A DNA stretch of 64,000 nt, from positions 20,958,001 through 21,022,000 of the forward strand of contig NC_087250.1 of assembly GCF_037042905.1 (NCBI RefSeq). The letters run 5' to 3'. This DNA is from Lytechinus pictus (taxonomy: Eukaryota). A model generated the notes under the pieces. It was not told the DNA's origin. It did no database searches and was given only the letters and a program-made list of their open reading frames with translations. The translations under genes and the position numbers were made by a program. This document shows, piece after piece, positions 25,905-39,580 of this stretch. Every line of letters begins with the position of its first letter. The stretch's first letter is position 1.

Positions 25905-27260
25905 ACTAATAGGTGATTCGACCCCCCATTTTCTTTTTTCAAAATAGTGAATTTGAACGATTTATCCCTACCCATTTTCCCTGAGTTCGCTCCTGCATTG
26001 CCTACCGAGACGGGTGTTCTTTGAGTGTGACGTCACCGGGGGGTAAAGCAGTGCCGTTTTGTGTACTATGCACGTACTCCTTCATATGGAATAACTGCAG
26101 TTGAAGTTGTATCTGCGAGCCATAGAACTTGCAAAGAGGAAATGATTAAAATATTTGTGGCCGTACTATTATTCCAAATATGTGAATTCCCTCAGAATGA
26201 TACCATAGACCCTAAAGGAATAATTTCAAGGTGAATAATATGAAATTTGATCGAGATCTTCTCACCAGTCGATAACGTAGCAGACGTGTTATTATGACAT
26301 ATTTATCCGCGTGTGACGCGGCTCTTGCAAAAAAACACAGTTGGTTGCGGAATTGCTTTGTGCCGACCGGCCGCCCGCTCCGGCGCAGCTAGCTGTCGAG
26401 CGACCGTACCGTTCTTGTTGTCTTCAACCATAGAGATGTATACTAATTACTATATATATCTTTCTGTCTTCAACTCACTTGCGAATTGCGTTTGTATGTG
26501 TGACGGTGACCCCTAGCGTAATTAAATATAGAAAACAACTCAGAAGGCCGAGAAAGAATACTATACGTTTGGTTCAAGATTGTTCTGTGGAATGAGCTAT
26601 GAGTGGAAATGATCCAGAGGATATAAAAGTGGAGTCAAAGACAAAAGAAAAGAAGAAAAAACGCCAGGGGATCGCTGCACGGCCATGAACTAAGTCGACA
26701 TACCAGATCATAACAGTACACGCAATGCCTAGCTGGGTGTTGTGTGTACTAGTATTATGCGTTCAGCGCGCTGAGCTCGCCGCCGGAATTACTTTCCAGC
26801 TACTCACTTGATTGAACATCGTGATAAAATAAATGAGAAATAATGAAAATATCATTCAATAACTCACTGTTTGCTATCTTACATCATGATTGAAGAGTTC
26901 ATGGTGGTTATTCATACTGTTTTTTATACAGGGAAAGTAAAGATTTGTACATATCAGTCATATTTGTTTGATTTGAGTTGCTTTGAAAAAAAATTGTAAA
27001 ATATCTTTCTCTCTCTGCATAGCATTTCTGTATGACATTCAGGCACCTCTTATACTAAATTCCCCCCGGTGACGTCACACTCCGAGTGACTTTTCTGTAC
27101 ACTCGTCTCTCGGGCTCTGACAGGTGGCTAATTTCATAGACTTTCAAAGCAAAATATCGAGAAGGCAGAGGATTTTTGTGACATGCTATCTGTTTGAACA
27201 ACTTATATATACTATATATTGTATGTAGAACCTATATTTATGGAAACTCACCCCTTCTTA
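25905..27260. mobile_element. Old non-autonomous DNA transposon (possibly Kolobok-like), ends approximate
   Basis: Inverted pair gagtgtgacgtcaccgggggg (~26023-26043) / ccccccggtgacgtcacactc (27062-27082), with a CpG-rich centre. Confidence 0.5.
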
Positions 27261-27383
27261 ATTCAACTTTAAGGCCCTGTCACAATGCGACCATCATACC
27301 GGCATCAAACGAACAGCCAGCAGGCAGCTCAAATATTAAATCAAAACTCAAATCACTAACCTGTACTCCAACATTCAAACACT

Positions 27384-27697
27384 GGGGCCCGTATTTTGAA
27401 GTCAAGTTTAACTTAGACCACGGTCTAACTGTGCTTAAATTATGGGGAGCCAAAAGTTCAAAAATTCTGTTTATATTGTATATCCCTTATGTTTACTATT
27501 TAGCTTTTTTTTGCTATCACAATGAAGAAAAAATACTTTAAAATACTTCAGTTATCATTCCCAGACAATTTGGGTGTATAGGAGTTAATAACAATTGGAT
27601 GTGCACTTTTAGGGATTCGTGCCCCAATTGGCTCTCCATAGTTAAACCACAACTTTAAACCAGGGTTTAATTTAAACCTGAATTCAGAATACGGGCC
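27384..27697. mobile_element. MITE
   Basis: ggccccgtattttgaagtcaagtttaa ... ttaaacctgaattcagaatacgggcc. Confidence 0.7.
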
Positions 27698-28289
27698 TGA
27701 TTATTTAGTATTTACAGACATAAAAATTGAATTCAAAAGATCATTTTTATCACATCTGATTTAAAGCACTATTAACATTGATACACGTCATATCATGTTT
27801 ACACAAAATGTAGAGTCAAAGTAGGCGTGGCATAAATACAGTGGGTCGGCCATCTCTAAATGTCACATTTCCACTATTAAACAAATTCTAAAACCACACA
27901 ATCAATACAATTCAGATCTTCCAAATAAAGTATTAATCTTAACTTTTTGCAATCCTGATAATACACTAACCATACTTCAGCGAAAATTGCGCCCATACGG
28001 TACATTAAATTAAGCTGACTTTGCAGATTTATCATTTTCACATGCTCTTTAAAGAAACACACTTATCATTAAACAAGTAATATATAATATTCAAGATTTC
28101 TAAAATCTTCCATACTTGAGAGTATTCAGTCTTATCCTCTAATGATTTTTATCGTAATCACACATGTTCTTATACCATGTATACAATAAAACAAATTGCT
28201 TCTATGATTTTATACTATTTTAGACGGCTGAGAATGTCCAAACTACAGAAGTACTTTTGACATAGAGCCTGTTCGTCTTTAGAATCATC

Positions 28290-28969
28290 CGACCTTTCAC
28301 ACGTTTAATCGAAAATTGTGATTTGAATTCGAATTCCGGCCAAGCGAAGGCGGTATGTGTCCTTGGTGACTTGTCAATCAAAGCACTGCATCGATACGAT
28401 GAGTGCATGACGATTGTATTATCTATGGAAGTGCTTGAAAGAACACGTAAGCTCCGCCCCCAAAAGATGTTTTGGAGGTCAAGCCTTTCACGCGTAAAAT
28501 TCGTACCGTCAATGTAGTGAAACTTAACTGGAATTCACATCCGGGGTAGAATTTGAATTCGTGATTTGCGTTCGTTGTTATAGTTTGGTTTCACACGTGC
28601 TAAACATTCGCCATTAGTCATATTTTTCACTGGAATCATCATTCAAATTATGATATTGTTCTGGTTGAGTAACAAAGATTACTGATTGAAACGCCTCACA
28701 TACTTGGCTGCCCAAGTACATGCCAATCTACGTGTTAAATACTTGCACCTGCTCTAAAAATGTATGCCGTTCAGAGAACCATAAGCCGCCCTTTCACACG
28801 GTAAAAAAGTAATTTGAATGATTCCAGTGAAAAACAGGGGCAATGGCGAATATTTAGCACGTGTTAAACCAACCTAGAACCCGTTTAGAATCACGAACGA
28901 TAATCACAGTCACGATTACAATAGTAATCATCATTATAATGATGATTCAAGATTTACGTGTGAAAGGCC
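28290..28969. mobile_element. Harbinger-like MITE with internal inverted repeats
   Basis: cctttcacacgt ... acgtgtgaaagg. Inner pair ~28594-28650 / ~28810-28864; repeated tttcacacg motif. Confidence 0.65.
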
Positions 28970-30066
28970 TTAAGTTAACACAAACAAATCTCTGCACTGT
29001 ATTCGTTGTTTTGCATACCCCTGTAGCTATCATTAGAATATAATAATTAACGATCCAGTTTAAAGTGTACTGCAGTCTTATAAAGCAGTAACAAAAATGT
29101 AATTCTGTTAGTACAAGCAAACATAATTCCAACAACCGTCACTGAAAATTTCAACTCACACCACCACAAATTTGTTTACGACTCATTATTTACTAGCAAT
29201 GTGTTAATTGCTATGATAACTTTGCTAGAAAAATTCACCATGTCCTGTAATTCAAAACTGAACGCCGTTATGACTTCAAACATTTGACAAGGAGTATGCA
29301 TTTTCGAGAAAATATTGTTTTCTTCAGATATGTTATAAATGTCATACTCTGCTTCTATGACGATTAATATTGTATAATTTATATTGCAAAATTGTATTTT
29401 ATGAAAATGGACAACAAATGAATGTTTATTTGAATTGAATTGAATTGAAAATATTGATTAATCATCTCCGCTTTCCTGCAATTATTGTACTTTCGGTTCA
29501 GATGTTACGTAGTCGGTCCAACTTGTATTATGAACTCCAATAAAGTTTGAAAATGAGAACATTTATATTTACACTAATTTCAAAACTATACATAAAATGT
29601 ATAATGCATGTTACGTTACATGCATATCGTATGCCGATATTTGTTTATTTCGTCTTTATTTAACAGGGTAGTCCCATCAGTAGTTACAATGCTGTTATAC
29701 TATGATGCCCTGCATAACGTAACATACATATACATAAATATACATGAAAAACATCCAATGGTGATATGAAAGATCAGTACAAAATAATACTGGATGCTAC
29801 TTGTCAACAAGTAATAATAGAAAAGAAATATTTACAAAATAATTTATGATTACAGTAAATGTTCACCTTTGGTTAAATTATGACCAACGAAAATATAATA
29901 AACAAAACAGTTCATTTTAAGGTTAGTAACAAATTAATTGTAAGAACATAAAAGACATTCGGTACGAGCATATCGGGTCTCACCTAGTCATATAACTTAT
30001 TATTTCATAATAAGCTGCTTTCAGAAATAATATTAATGAATTGGAAATATATATATCTATATATAA

Positions 30067-30104
<38 letters not shown>

Positions 30105-30167
30105 ATACATAAATATACATGAAAAAAATCAAATGGTGATATGAAAGATCAGTACAAAATAATACTG

Positions 30168-30320
30168 CGCACTGCGTTTCTTGGTGCTGTTGACTAATAC
30201 ATTCATAATTTCCTGATGAAGCCCTATGGGCGAAAATTTGATCTAACTTTTCTCTCTACGGTTGTTTTATTCACCTTGTATTTTGCTTTATGCTACCACA
30301 ACCGACGCAGGACCTTCATT
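30168..30320 (+). mobile_element. Possible Penelope-type terminal-repeat fragment with degenerate hammerhead core
   Basis: CTGATGA-A-GCCC-tat-GGGC-GAAA-ATTT at 30213-30239, between (TA)n tracts. Stem I has only 2 bp. Confidence 0.45.
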
Positions 30321-30337
30321 TATATATATATATATAG

Positions 30338-30446
30338 CAGGGGCCGCGGAACGGTTTTCACAGTGGGGGGGGGGGGGGGGCTGACAATGCAAAAAATCAC
30401 AATCATATGGTCATTTTTACGTTTTTGTACACGTTTTGGAAAACAA

Positions 30447-30478
<32 letters not shown>

Positions 30479-30519
30479 GGGGGCTAAAGCCCCCAAGCCC
30501 CCCGCTTCCGCGGCCCCTG
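30338..30519. mobile_element. Short MITE with CAGGGG termini
   Basis: caggggccgcggaa / ttccgcggcccctg; TATAG on both flanks. Confidence 0.8.
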
Positions 30520-30972
30520 TATAGAAGATATCTCTTCAAGCTTGGATATAAACTCATTTAACATAAAGGTGTGGAACAAAGCAGTGTTGACTTCACCGAA
30601 CGAGTTCTTGTGTTCTCAGCGTCTATATCCATTCCATTGCGTGGTACTATGAACCCGCTTGCATTAGGCGTTAAAAGCACAAGTAGAATATAGCTTCACT
30701 CTCATCATGCTCATCGCTCAATCAATGTGGGTAATCGAATAGTTGTGTTCACCTAAAGAGTCATCCTAGAACGAGACACAAAACAATATAAATGCCACCG
30801 AAATAATCAACATTTTTAATTGAGAAAAAAGTGCCGCATTTTGTATATGATTTTGACGTAACGGGAATGGAGACTATTTTTTGGTTGATATACATTCGTT
30901 TTGATATAAACCCCTTGTTTTTCTCGCCTCCTTCATTTGGTTGTAACACTCTTCCAATTCGGAGTCCATGCC

Positions 30973-32719
30973 CATAGCCCTGGGAAGCGCAGGTGCTGGG
31001 TGCTGAAGCACCCCCAATATATATTTATTTTATTTATTTTTTTATTTATTTATTTATATATTTATTTATTTATTCATTCATTATTTTTTTTTTTCGGGGG
31101 GGGGGGGTGATTGGCTTATTATATTCACTCGCGTTCGTAATCACTCGCGTCGGGTTGGTAATCACACGCGTTTTTTATTTTTGGCGATTTTTTTTTTTTC
31201 GGTGCGATTTTTTTTCTAACGGTGTCTTCAAAGGGACAAACGTACTGGAAAAATAAAATAATATTGAAATTCGAGTTTCGTTTTATTTTAAGCTGGTAAG
31301 TGCCTTAAATAAAACGTTCTCGACCACTGTTTTAAGATAACAAGCAAATTTTGACTACTGTTTTAACATAATCACATTCCACATCTTAAATCTTAGAGCC
31401 ATAGGCGGCGGGGGGGGGCTCCCCCTAAAAAAAGAGAGAGGGGGGTAGAAAGGAAGGGAAAGAGGGAGAAAAGAGAAAGAAAAAAAAAGACAGACAGAAA
31501 GAAAGAAAGAAGCAAGGAAAAAAGGAGAAAGAAAGGAGAAAAGGAATAAAGAAGAAAAAGGAGGAAAGGCTACTCTCGATTTAGCTTTGCCTTTGGAGGA
31601 TTTTCCTGAAGTCTGTGGTATTCTTTATAAAGCATAGTGAGGTGCTACAATTTCATAATATCACTATTTATTTGCTTCTCCCTTTCTTTGTGAATTATTC
31701 TACACTAACGTAAAAATCGGGGAGGAAAAAAGTGCTGAAGAAGAAAAGCAAGAAGGAAGGAGGAGGAGAAGTAGAAGAAGAAAAAAGAAGATGGAGGACA
31801 TAATGGGGTAAAAATGAAACTAAAAAGAGAAAATTGAGGGGAGGATGTAGAAGAAGAGAAAGAGAAAATAAAATAAGGGGAAGACTGAGAAGAGAAAAGG
31901 AAGAAGTGAAAAGGGAGATGAACAATAAGGAGAAAGGGAAGAAATTGAGAAGTAGAAGAACAGGGAGAAGAATAAGATGACATAATAATGGGAATAAAAA
32001 GAAGACTGAGAAGAAAGAGAAGTAGGAGGGGGAGTAAAGTGCACTCTGGTTACAAAGAAGTCCGAGGGACCAACAAAATTGTTCCTTTATTGTGTGTGTG
32101 TGATATAAGTTTTTTTTTATTTTTTAGAGTGGTCACAAAATTCGAGCGGAGTTGACCTTCCTTAGAGCAACACGCTTGTGTGTTGCTGCCCTCTACGTTC
32201 GTTGATATTGACCAAAAGCTTCGGTCTTTGTGTCTATTAATTATTATGTTGGTTGTTCCGCTGAACTCCGTTGGCTCCACTCACCAAATACAGAGAAATT
32301 AAAAAAATAAATAAAAATGTTTGAAAAAAACTCCTCGAAACAGACTGCTGCCAGCTGTCTGGGGCGGATCAAGCTTGTTATCTATTCTTGGTACTTAGAA
32401 CAGTAGTCGAGTACATTTTATTTTAAGGCACTTAATTGCCGGCTTAAAACGAAACTCAAATTTCCCTGCATGTCTGTCCCATTGAAGACACCGTTAAAAA
32501 AAAATCGCACCGAAATAAAAAAAATCGCCAAAAATTCAAAACGCGAGTGATTACGAACCAGAACGCGACGCGAGTGATTATAAACTGCCGGGTGATTTGT
32601 ATGGTATACAACATGACCAAAGGCAATTCCCCCAGAAAATCAGTTTGGTGTGCAAAAAATGTCGATTGATCTTCTTGTAAATTACTTTTTTCATCTTAAA
32701 AATAGTTCCCATGCCCCTG
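30973..32719. mobile_element. hAT-like MITE split by a nested element
   Basis: Ends catagccctgggaa / ttcccatgcccctg; 8-bp TSD TCCATGCC / TCCATTCC (1 mismatch). Confidence 0.6.
31113..32589. mobile_element. Non-autonomous element with ~230-bp TIRs (Merlin- or Mutator-like)
   Basis: GGC...GCC termini with perfect 8-bp TSD GGGTGATT (31105-31112, 32590-32597). Arms 31113-31345 / 32388-32589; purine-rich insert at ~31400-32040. Confidence 0.78.
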
Positions 32720-34166
32720 TCCATTCCCCTCTTTATCTCATTGTCCTACCGCCCCTATCTCGATAATTTGTTTAATATTTCTACATTGTGTCTGTATCCG
32801 TTTTTGTCTGCCGGTTATTTCACTAACAATTCTCTTTATAGTATCATTTTAATCTACGATGTGATTATACGATCAGATAAATAATTTTCTTTTGATAAAA
32901 TGGAAAAGTGAAATTTAGAATATTGGGAAGAATCGGTTAGATATTTGCTTCCTTTTGTTATTTTTGTTTCGATTTTCACTTTTTATTTTCAGGGAACGAT
33001 AACAGGGGAAAATATAAACAAAACGAAACTTTTGTTTTTCGTTTTAGCTATTGATTCTTCAATTCGTACTTTATTTTGGTTAAATGAAACTTAAATGGTC
33101 CAAAGGCACAGACACTTGTTTTTTTTGCTTGGTGCATAATACAGAGTCTGAAGCAGTTAGACTAGATTTAATATGTTGTGTGGCTGGCCCTACTCTCATT
33201 TCACACAGGCAGGAGAGATTGGGGTCTGTGCTTACAGGCTCTACATTGAACGTCATTTCTGGAGTTTATTCTTACTTCGATTTTGTTTCTAGATATTGGA
33301 ATTGAAATTGGAAACAAAGTCCCTTCTTAATCAAAATGCTGTATGTTTTCAACCGAATAATTTTGAAATTTCGTAGGTGGTTTTCTAGAGTCATAAAGCA
33401 ACTCTCGGAGAAAATGAAATTGATCGGTTGAGTCATGCATGCATGGGTAATCAAAGATTGAATTAAAATTTACATTTTTTTACAGTCACAAGAATAGTTC
33501 ATCAGATTATGCCAATACAAAGTCGGGCGAATGCTTTTCTTTTGTGGTGAGTTTTATGGTGCTTATGATGTTTCACTATCCATCATTTAGCCACTCTACA
33601 TACAATGTTGATAGCGTCTGTTCATGGTTAAGTGAGCACATTTTTGTGACGCATCATCATAGGGTTTTATGGTAGTATCCTCTATAACTTAAAAAAAATG
33701 CACGTAAGAATTGAAAAGTGTTAGTGGCTCCCCTCCCCCAATTTCTCGGCCCCCTCCCCATTTTCAAATTCTGAATCCACCACTGATTTGTCCATAAATT
33801 TAACTGATCCTGAGAAATTGTTAGGAAATGGATGCATTTATGCTACACAAGAGTATTCATTCCTAAGTTTTCAAATGTAAAAACTTCAGAAAGTGTGCGG
33901 TGATACAAATGACTGAAGATAAAACCAACAGCAATCAAATCACATTTGAAACGGAATTTGCCCCTTTATAACCCCGCAAAATAACTGTGACATTGAAAAT
34001 GCATTTTCCCCTCTTTGATGCGTGCTCATCATCCATAAATAAACAAATCGATTTCATTTTTGCACAGAATTCCGCCCACAGGTTGATAAACATTACTGTC
34101 AAATGACATTGATTAAGACAGCTTTGAAAGAAAGTTCCACCATATTAAATGAGGGGTTACTTATTC

Positions 34167-34871
34167 TTAAAGGTCCTATGACACCAATTTCATCTGATTT
34201 AGATACATATCTATTATTAGGTAGTTTTACTTGAAAAATACGAATTTGCCATCGGTTCCTGCGTACGACGAACTGGTGTTGAGTTATTCCATGGAAATTA
34301 ACTTCAACGGGAACGCCCACTAAAATTTTCGAAAGAGTCCGACCGATCGACCTGTCAATCATTGTGACGTCATCGAAGGAAGGCTTTCCCAGCTGTGCAG
34401 CCGGACCCCTAGTTATTGTACACGTTCCTTGTGTACTTGCTGTTTCGAACGAGCTCATCCTTAACGGATTTATTTTAGATTTTTATGATGTTTTGATCAT
34501 GGCTGCAGCATCGTCATCAGTTGTGTCTGATTCTTCAGACCTTGAAGATTCAGGTTCTGAATATTATTCCAGCAATTCAATTTATCTACTTTGGATCCAC
34601 ATGTGCAACCACAATAAACACTTCACGCTCCAAACGTGAGCAACACTCAGCAGCTTCCTTCCATGACGTCATAATTGTCACGTGATATATACGAAACCAA
34701 ATCTGGCTGAATTTTTGTGGGAGGGGCGAATTTGGCTAAATTTTCAATATAAAACTGCCTTTGAACCTGATGTGGGATATTTTTCGGGTAAAATTTTGAT
34801 GGAATCGTAATTAGTAACTACTAAGCTAACGAATAAGTCAGCATCTTTGCTGTATTTCATGGCACCTTTAA
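34167..34871. mobile_element. Kolobok-like non-autonomous element
   Basis: TTAA|aggtcctatga ... tcatggcacct|TTAA, with two internal TGACGTCA palindromes (~34365, ~34664). Confidence 0.6.
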
Positions 34872-37511
34872 ACATATTCACCCATAGTGTACAAAATGTA
34901 TATGACAGAGGAAACCAAAATTTTAATAAAATGGAAATGAGGGTTTGTTTCATAGACGGTTTTTGTTACTTTTGCCAACTTTTTTCCATGAAACTTTGCC
35001 CATGGCATCAGTGTGACACTATCCAAAAAGTGCGCACACTAAAATAATCATTCGGTACAGCACAGAGTGGGAACAAGGCCTTGAACTTTCTTCGTTTTTG
35101 CATAATTTTCGAATATATTGTGCTCACTGAAGCATAAGGCACCGGGATTTCATAAAAATCATATCAAATGAACTATGCAAGAAGGTTTGTGACAGATATC
35201 CATAGTTAGCAATTGCATTTTTCACAATAGAGTAAAAAAAAAAGAGCTATTCACATTCCTCATGTTCATTCAAGCGGGAATGTTTAATTTAAACGCCTTT
35301 GAATCACTGAAACATGTTAATTTGTCATGAACGTAACGAAAAAAAGTTGATAAGATAATTTCAGATCCCATTATAAAACAGTACTTGCCTATGATATTTG
35401 TTGAAGATACTCTTCCCAAAAATAATTGTCATCTTGTCATCATATTCGATCATTTTTATCGATAGAAATGTGTAAAAAAAAAATCAAATTATAGCAAATT
35501 TTGAATTGTGTTTATTCAACCGTGAAATTTAGCAAAAAGAAAGTTGTACGGTCTTTTAGAAAGTATATTTTTTCAAGGCCATCTGACGATTTTTCGTGAT
35601 GAAAATGTAAAATTCGTTCCAATAAAGTGGAATCAAAGTCATGATATTTGGCTCGCGACTTTTAAAAAGTGACAATTTTGCCTCCTTACGGTGCTCACTA
35701 AAGCATGGCATAAAGTACGTCCGTAACATTCACTCTGAGGGTAGCTTATAAAATTACCTACACGCTCATGTAAAAATATATCGAGCTCTCTGAGTGGTTC
35801 GGAAATTATTGATGTTTGTCTAAGGAGGGACTTACTTTTTTTGTGTGTATTATTTCAACTCTGCCTTCTTTTTCTTATTTTCTTCACAAAGAGATAAAAG
35901 AATGTCTTTCGTTTTGCAATGTTGCTTATTTTTTGCATTTACAACGTGAAACAAGTATGGACTGCATTTTTTTCTGTGGTGAGAAGTTTTGGTAATTGGT
36001 AAGCTAATAGAAATAAGGCAGGTAGGAACTCGTGCACTCCATGCCCGAAAAAAATTTAACGAATAAGGAATTATCAATGTCTTATATAATATAACAAAAT
36101 AAATGGCACATTCCTTGTCATGATTAAATATCTTTGTGTCTGTGTCAGTGTCTGAATTTTAAGACGAAAACAACATCACATGTCCCGCAGGTACCAAAAT
36201 TGTTGTTTCTCACTGGAAATGACAATCGATAGAAAAAAAGATAACGAGTGGTAATATTATATTTGTTTCATATAATATTGTATTTTTATAGTTATATTTA
36301 AACGAATGTTTATTTACCGATGGCCTGTTGTAGTTATTGCCTATAATGTAGATTTTCTACGATCATCACACAATGTATCAATTTACGTTTTTTTATGGGG
36401 CATCGTAGGCCGCCACAGGCTATAATTTGTGTGTATGTGTGTGCGTTTATATTGTTTAAAGTCATCATATGAATTTACATGCTTGACATCGTAGATGGCG
36501 AAATAAAAGCCACCGTGAGACAACGATCGTTATAACAAAGTAAGCATCACCAATCAAGCATCCTTAAGTTCGCTGTTCGTTACAACATAATTATGCAATT
36601 TGCAAGTCATGATTGTGATCGAGTTATGACTTCCATTTTCCTCCCTCATGTTATTGGTACCTACGACGTTTTAATGGTATAGGATCGGTTAAAGGTTAAC
36701 TCGCATAAAGGGAATAATTATATATGGTGCATTGGACCGACTACGATAAGAAATAGCAAAATTTACGTATTCTGACTTCCCCCCCTTTCCCTTCCTTCAT
36801 CTCATTTTCCCCGTTTGACCTTTTCTTACATGAAATATACAGCAAAGTATATGTTAAATCGTGATCACATGTTTTTTCCACATTCCCGGCATTTACTGGG
36901 TGCTTTTTGTTGTCTTATTTGATGAAAAAAAAATAACATGGTTCACTTCTTCATTGTCATTGGAGTATGCTTAGAATTAAGGGTAAAATTAAATAACGCG
37001 TTTTGACTGCTTTCAATTTAATTTATATCACATTTGCGTAAGACGGCAATACATACAACTACAGTGATAAAAGGCATATAATACATAAGATCAAACAAAA
37101 TACCGAGAATACAAATGTGTGGAAACTAACAAAGGCCAACGGCATATCGAAGGCAAATCCCTAACGGTTGCAAACAGAAAAAACGTGTTTAAAACAGAAC
37201 CAACCTAGGCAAAGACTAACACAAAATAAAAAACTTTTTTTTTCTCATAAATTCGTGAATTTTTGAGAAACAATTCACGAATTTATCAGAAATTCTATAT
37301 ATTTTCGTTGAAAAGAGTTGAGTGAATTATGAATCAGAGAAGAGCTACTACTACACATTAGATTTCAAATTGCATTAATTTAATCTTTCACTGTTGGATT
37401 ATCTTTCGATTTATCCTGACACGTACATGCTTTACCATCAATAATGATACTAGTGTGTCAATTATGTGGTATTGAAATGACAGAGTGTACAGAAGCAGAG
37501 CAGTGACTTAC

Positions 37512-37611
37512 ATGGGAAACATACAAATGGAGATCGTTGAGTGATTTAGTGTAAAGGCGCTGGAGGTGAGAATCCACCCTACCATTCGACATCGTCCCAC
37601 AGTGCCAGAGC
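37512..37611 (-). CDS. NLR gene, putative fourth coding exon (late LRR / C-terminal)
   Basis: Acceptor tttctttcatgaatatAG; phase 2 completes the Lys codon from the previous exon. Reads LWHCGTMSNGRVDSHLQRLYTKSLNDLHLYVSH, then a GTAAGT donor. Read-through would stop at 37458. Confidence 0.65.
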
Positions 37612-38879
37612 CTATATTCATGAAAGAAAGTCATGGGTGCAAGAAATCACAATAATATGGGGAATGCTTATCAAAAAGTATTTGCGTGTCTTGTAAATAT
37701 ATTTTATTTTTGAGGTGGATATGCTTGTAATATTGGAATGTGTCGTTTGGATTGAATAATTTTTTTTTACTCTTCCCTTCGGAAATCAACATTAATACTT
37801 TATAATGCAAAAGTGTTTTGAAACATTATTCCCTTTGGAGTTAGCGCATTGCAAGATTCCATGAGAGTTTGCAATAACGGATATCAAGATCATGGTTCTC
37901 CAAATATCATTTCAAATTGAAACGCGATTTGTGTGCAAGTGTCATGTATGTTGAACATGCGTTTCGGCGACCACCTCACCCTAACAAATGTAATTGTTTG
38001 GCCTGCAGTTAACGTGAGATGATTGTGACGAAGTGAATTTACTCAAACGAGTTTAAATGAATACATTTTGAGAATTGTATTGGTCGACTTGGTGACAAAT
38101 ATAATAAATAAAAACGCGATACTCTTCATCTGTTTAACAAAATGCCATTTTAAAGCATGATGTGCTGATAAATTATGGCTTTGTCGTTTAATTTGCTAAA
38201 TGATGGGGGTGGCACTTAGGGCCATTTTCAAAGAAGTTAAAACAGAATTACTGAGAGAGGGAGCTCGATATCCCCGAAGGTGACATTCTGATTGTCAGAT
38301 CACTTTCATAAGATTAACAAATTAATGATATAATAATAACAGTCCATATTCAATATAATAACTTTACCAAAATGGAACTATTTGTTCTGAGATGTACATT
38401 TCAATGTTGTGATAAGACAAACATATTACTCCCTCTTCGTCCAACTCTTTTAAGTAAATCTTAAAGGAAAAATTCGACCTTTTTCGAAATACTATAATTG
38501 TCACGTGTTTGATATTGTTTTAGAAGAGTTTTCAATTTAAGCTTAATAAGTTTGAATCATTTTGATTAACACAAGTAAACATTAATATTTTATGAAAATG
38601 ATGCAAATACAATATTGAGAGAAATTGGGGGAAATACACCAACGTATCGAGTATTCAATATTTCTTATGAGTTTGAATTTGGAAATAACAAATAGTATTA
38701 ATCTGTTTTTTCAATTGTGGTATTAAATGTTTACACAAATTCTGTAATTGGTTTAATAGTTTAAGTAGCTGAAATGTTAGCCCTGGTGCAAATTAGTTAC
38801 AGGGGGATTTCTTGTAATGTTAACGCTTTTGATTGATGTACCTTAATGATAACAAATACTGTTTAAAGCAAGAACCTAC

Positions 38880-39397
38880 TTTACACGCTCCATCGTCTTC
38901 ACATGTCGGCAGCATTCAATGAGATAAACCAAGTCACCCTCGTCTGTACACTTCACCCTGTACAGAGTGAGATACTTCAGGTTCTTGGTATGTTCCTTGA
39001 TGAGCAGACCCAGTCCTCTCATTGTCTTGCTTGATACATGACTCTTCTCTGATGGGAGTGAGTACAGAGTGTGAAGGTTAATGCGTGTGAGATTTTGTCC
39101 TCCAGTCCGACGAAGACCAGCCGTGATAAAGGCTATGTCTCCCTCTGCATCATCGATAGTGATTTTAATATATACCAAAGCAGGGAGTGATGAGATCAGA
39201 CCTTCATAGCATTGTGACGTCACTCCATAAGTTGATAGCTCTGTGATGGATGGTAGCTCAGGAGGAGATGGAGGGAAATCGATAGATGAGTCTGAGATGG
39301 TGAGATAATTTAGCATCGGGAATGATTTAAGGCAGGCCCATAGTCCATCTGTCACAGCGGTTGCCATGATAGACTGCACGAATCGTACACTCACAAC
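38880..39397 (-). CDS. NLR gene, leucine-rich repeat exon
   Basis: Acceptor tttcctcaatAG (phase 0) and GTAGGT donor at 38879. 172 open codons with LxxLxL-type motifs (LNYLTI, ITELST, LVYIKI, LTRINL, LKYLTL). Confidence 0.85.
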
Positions 39398-39580
39398 CTA
39401 TTGAGGAAATGAAAGAAAAACAAATTAACAGCATAGGAAGGAGATACAATCGGTTGTATTTATTGATGGTAACTGCAACACTCAACGAGTATTCTTTAAC
39501 TATTTACCAATATGTAATATTGTACCTTTTAGTAGTTTTTTTTTCTCACAGGACCAAACTGAATAGTCAGTAAAACGGAG

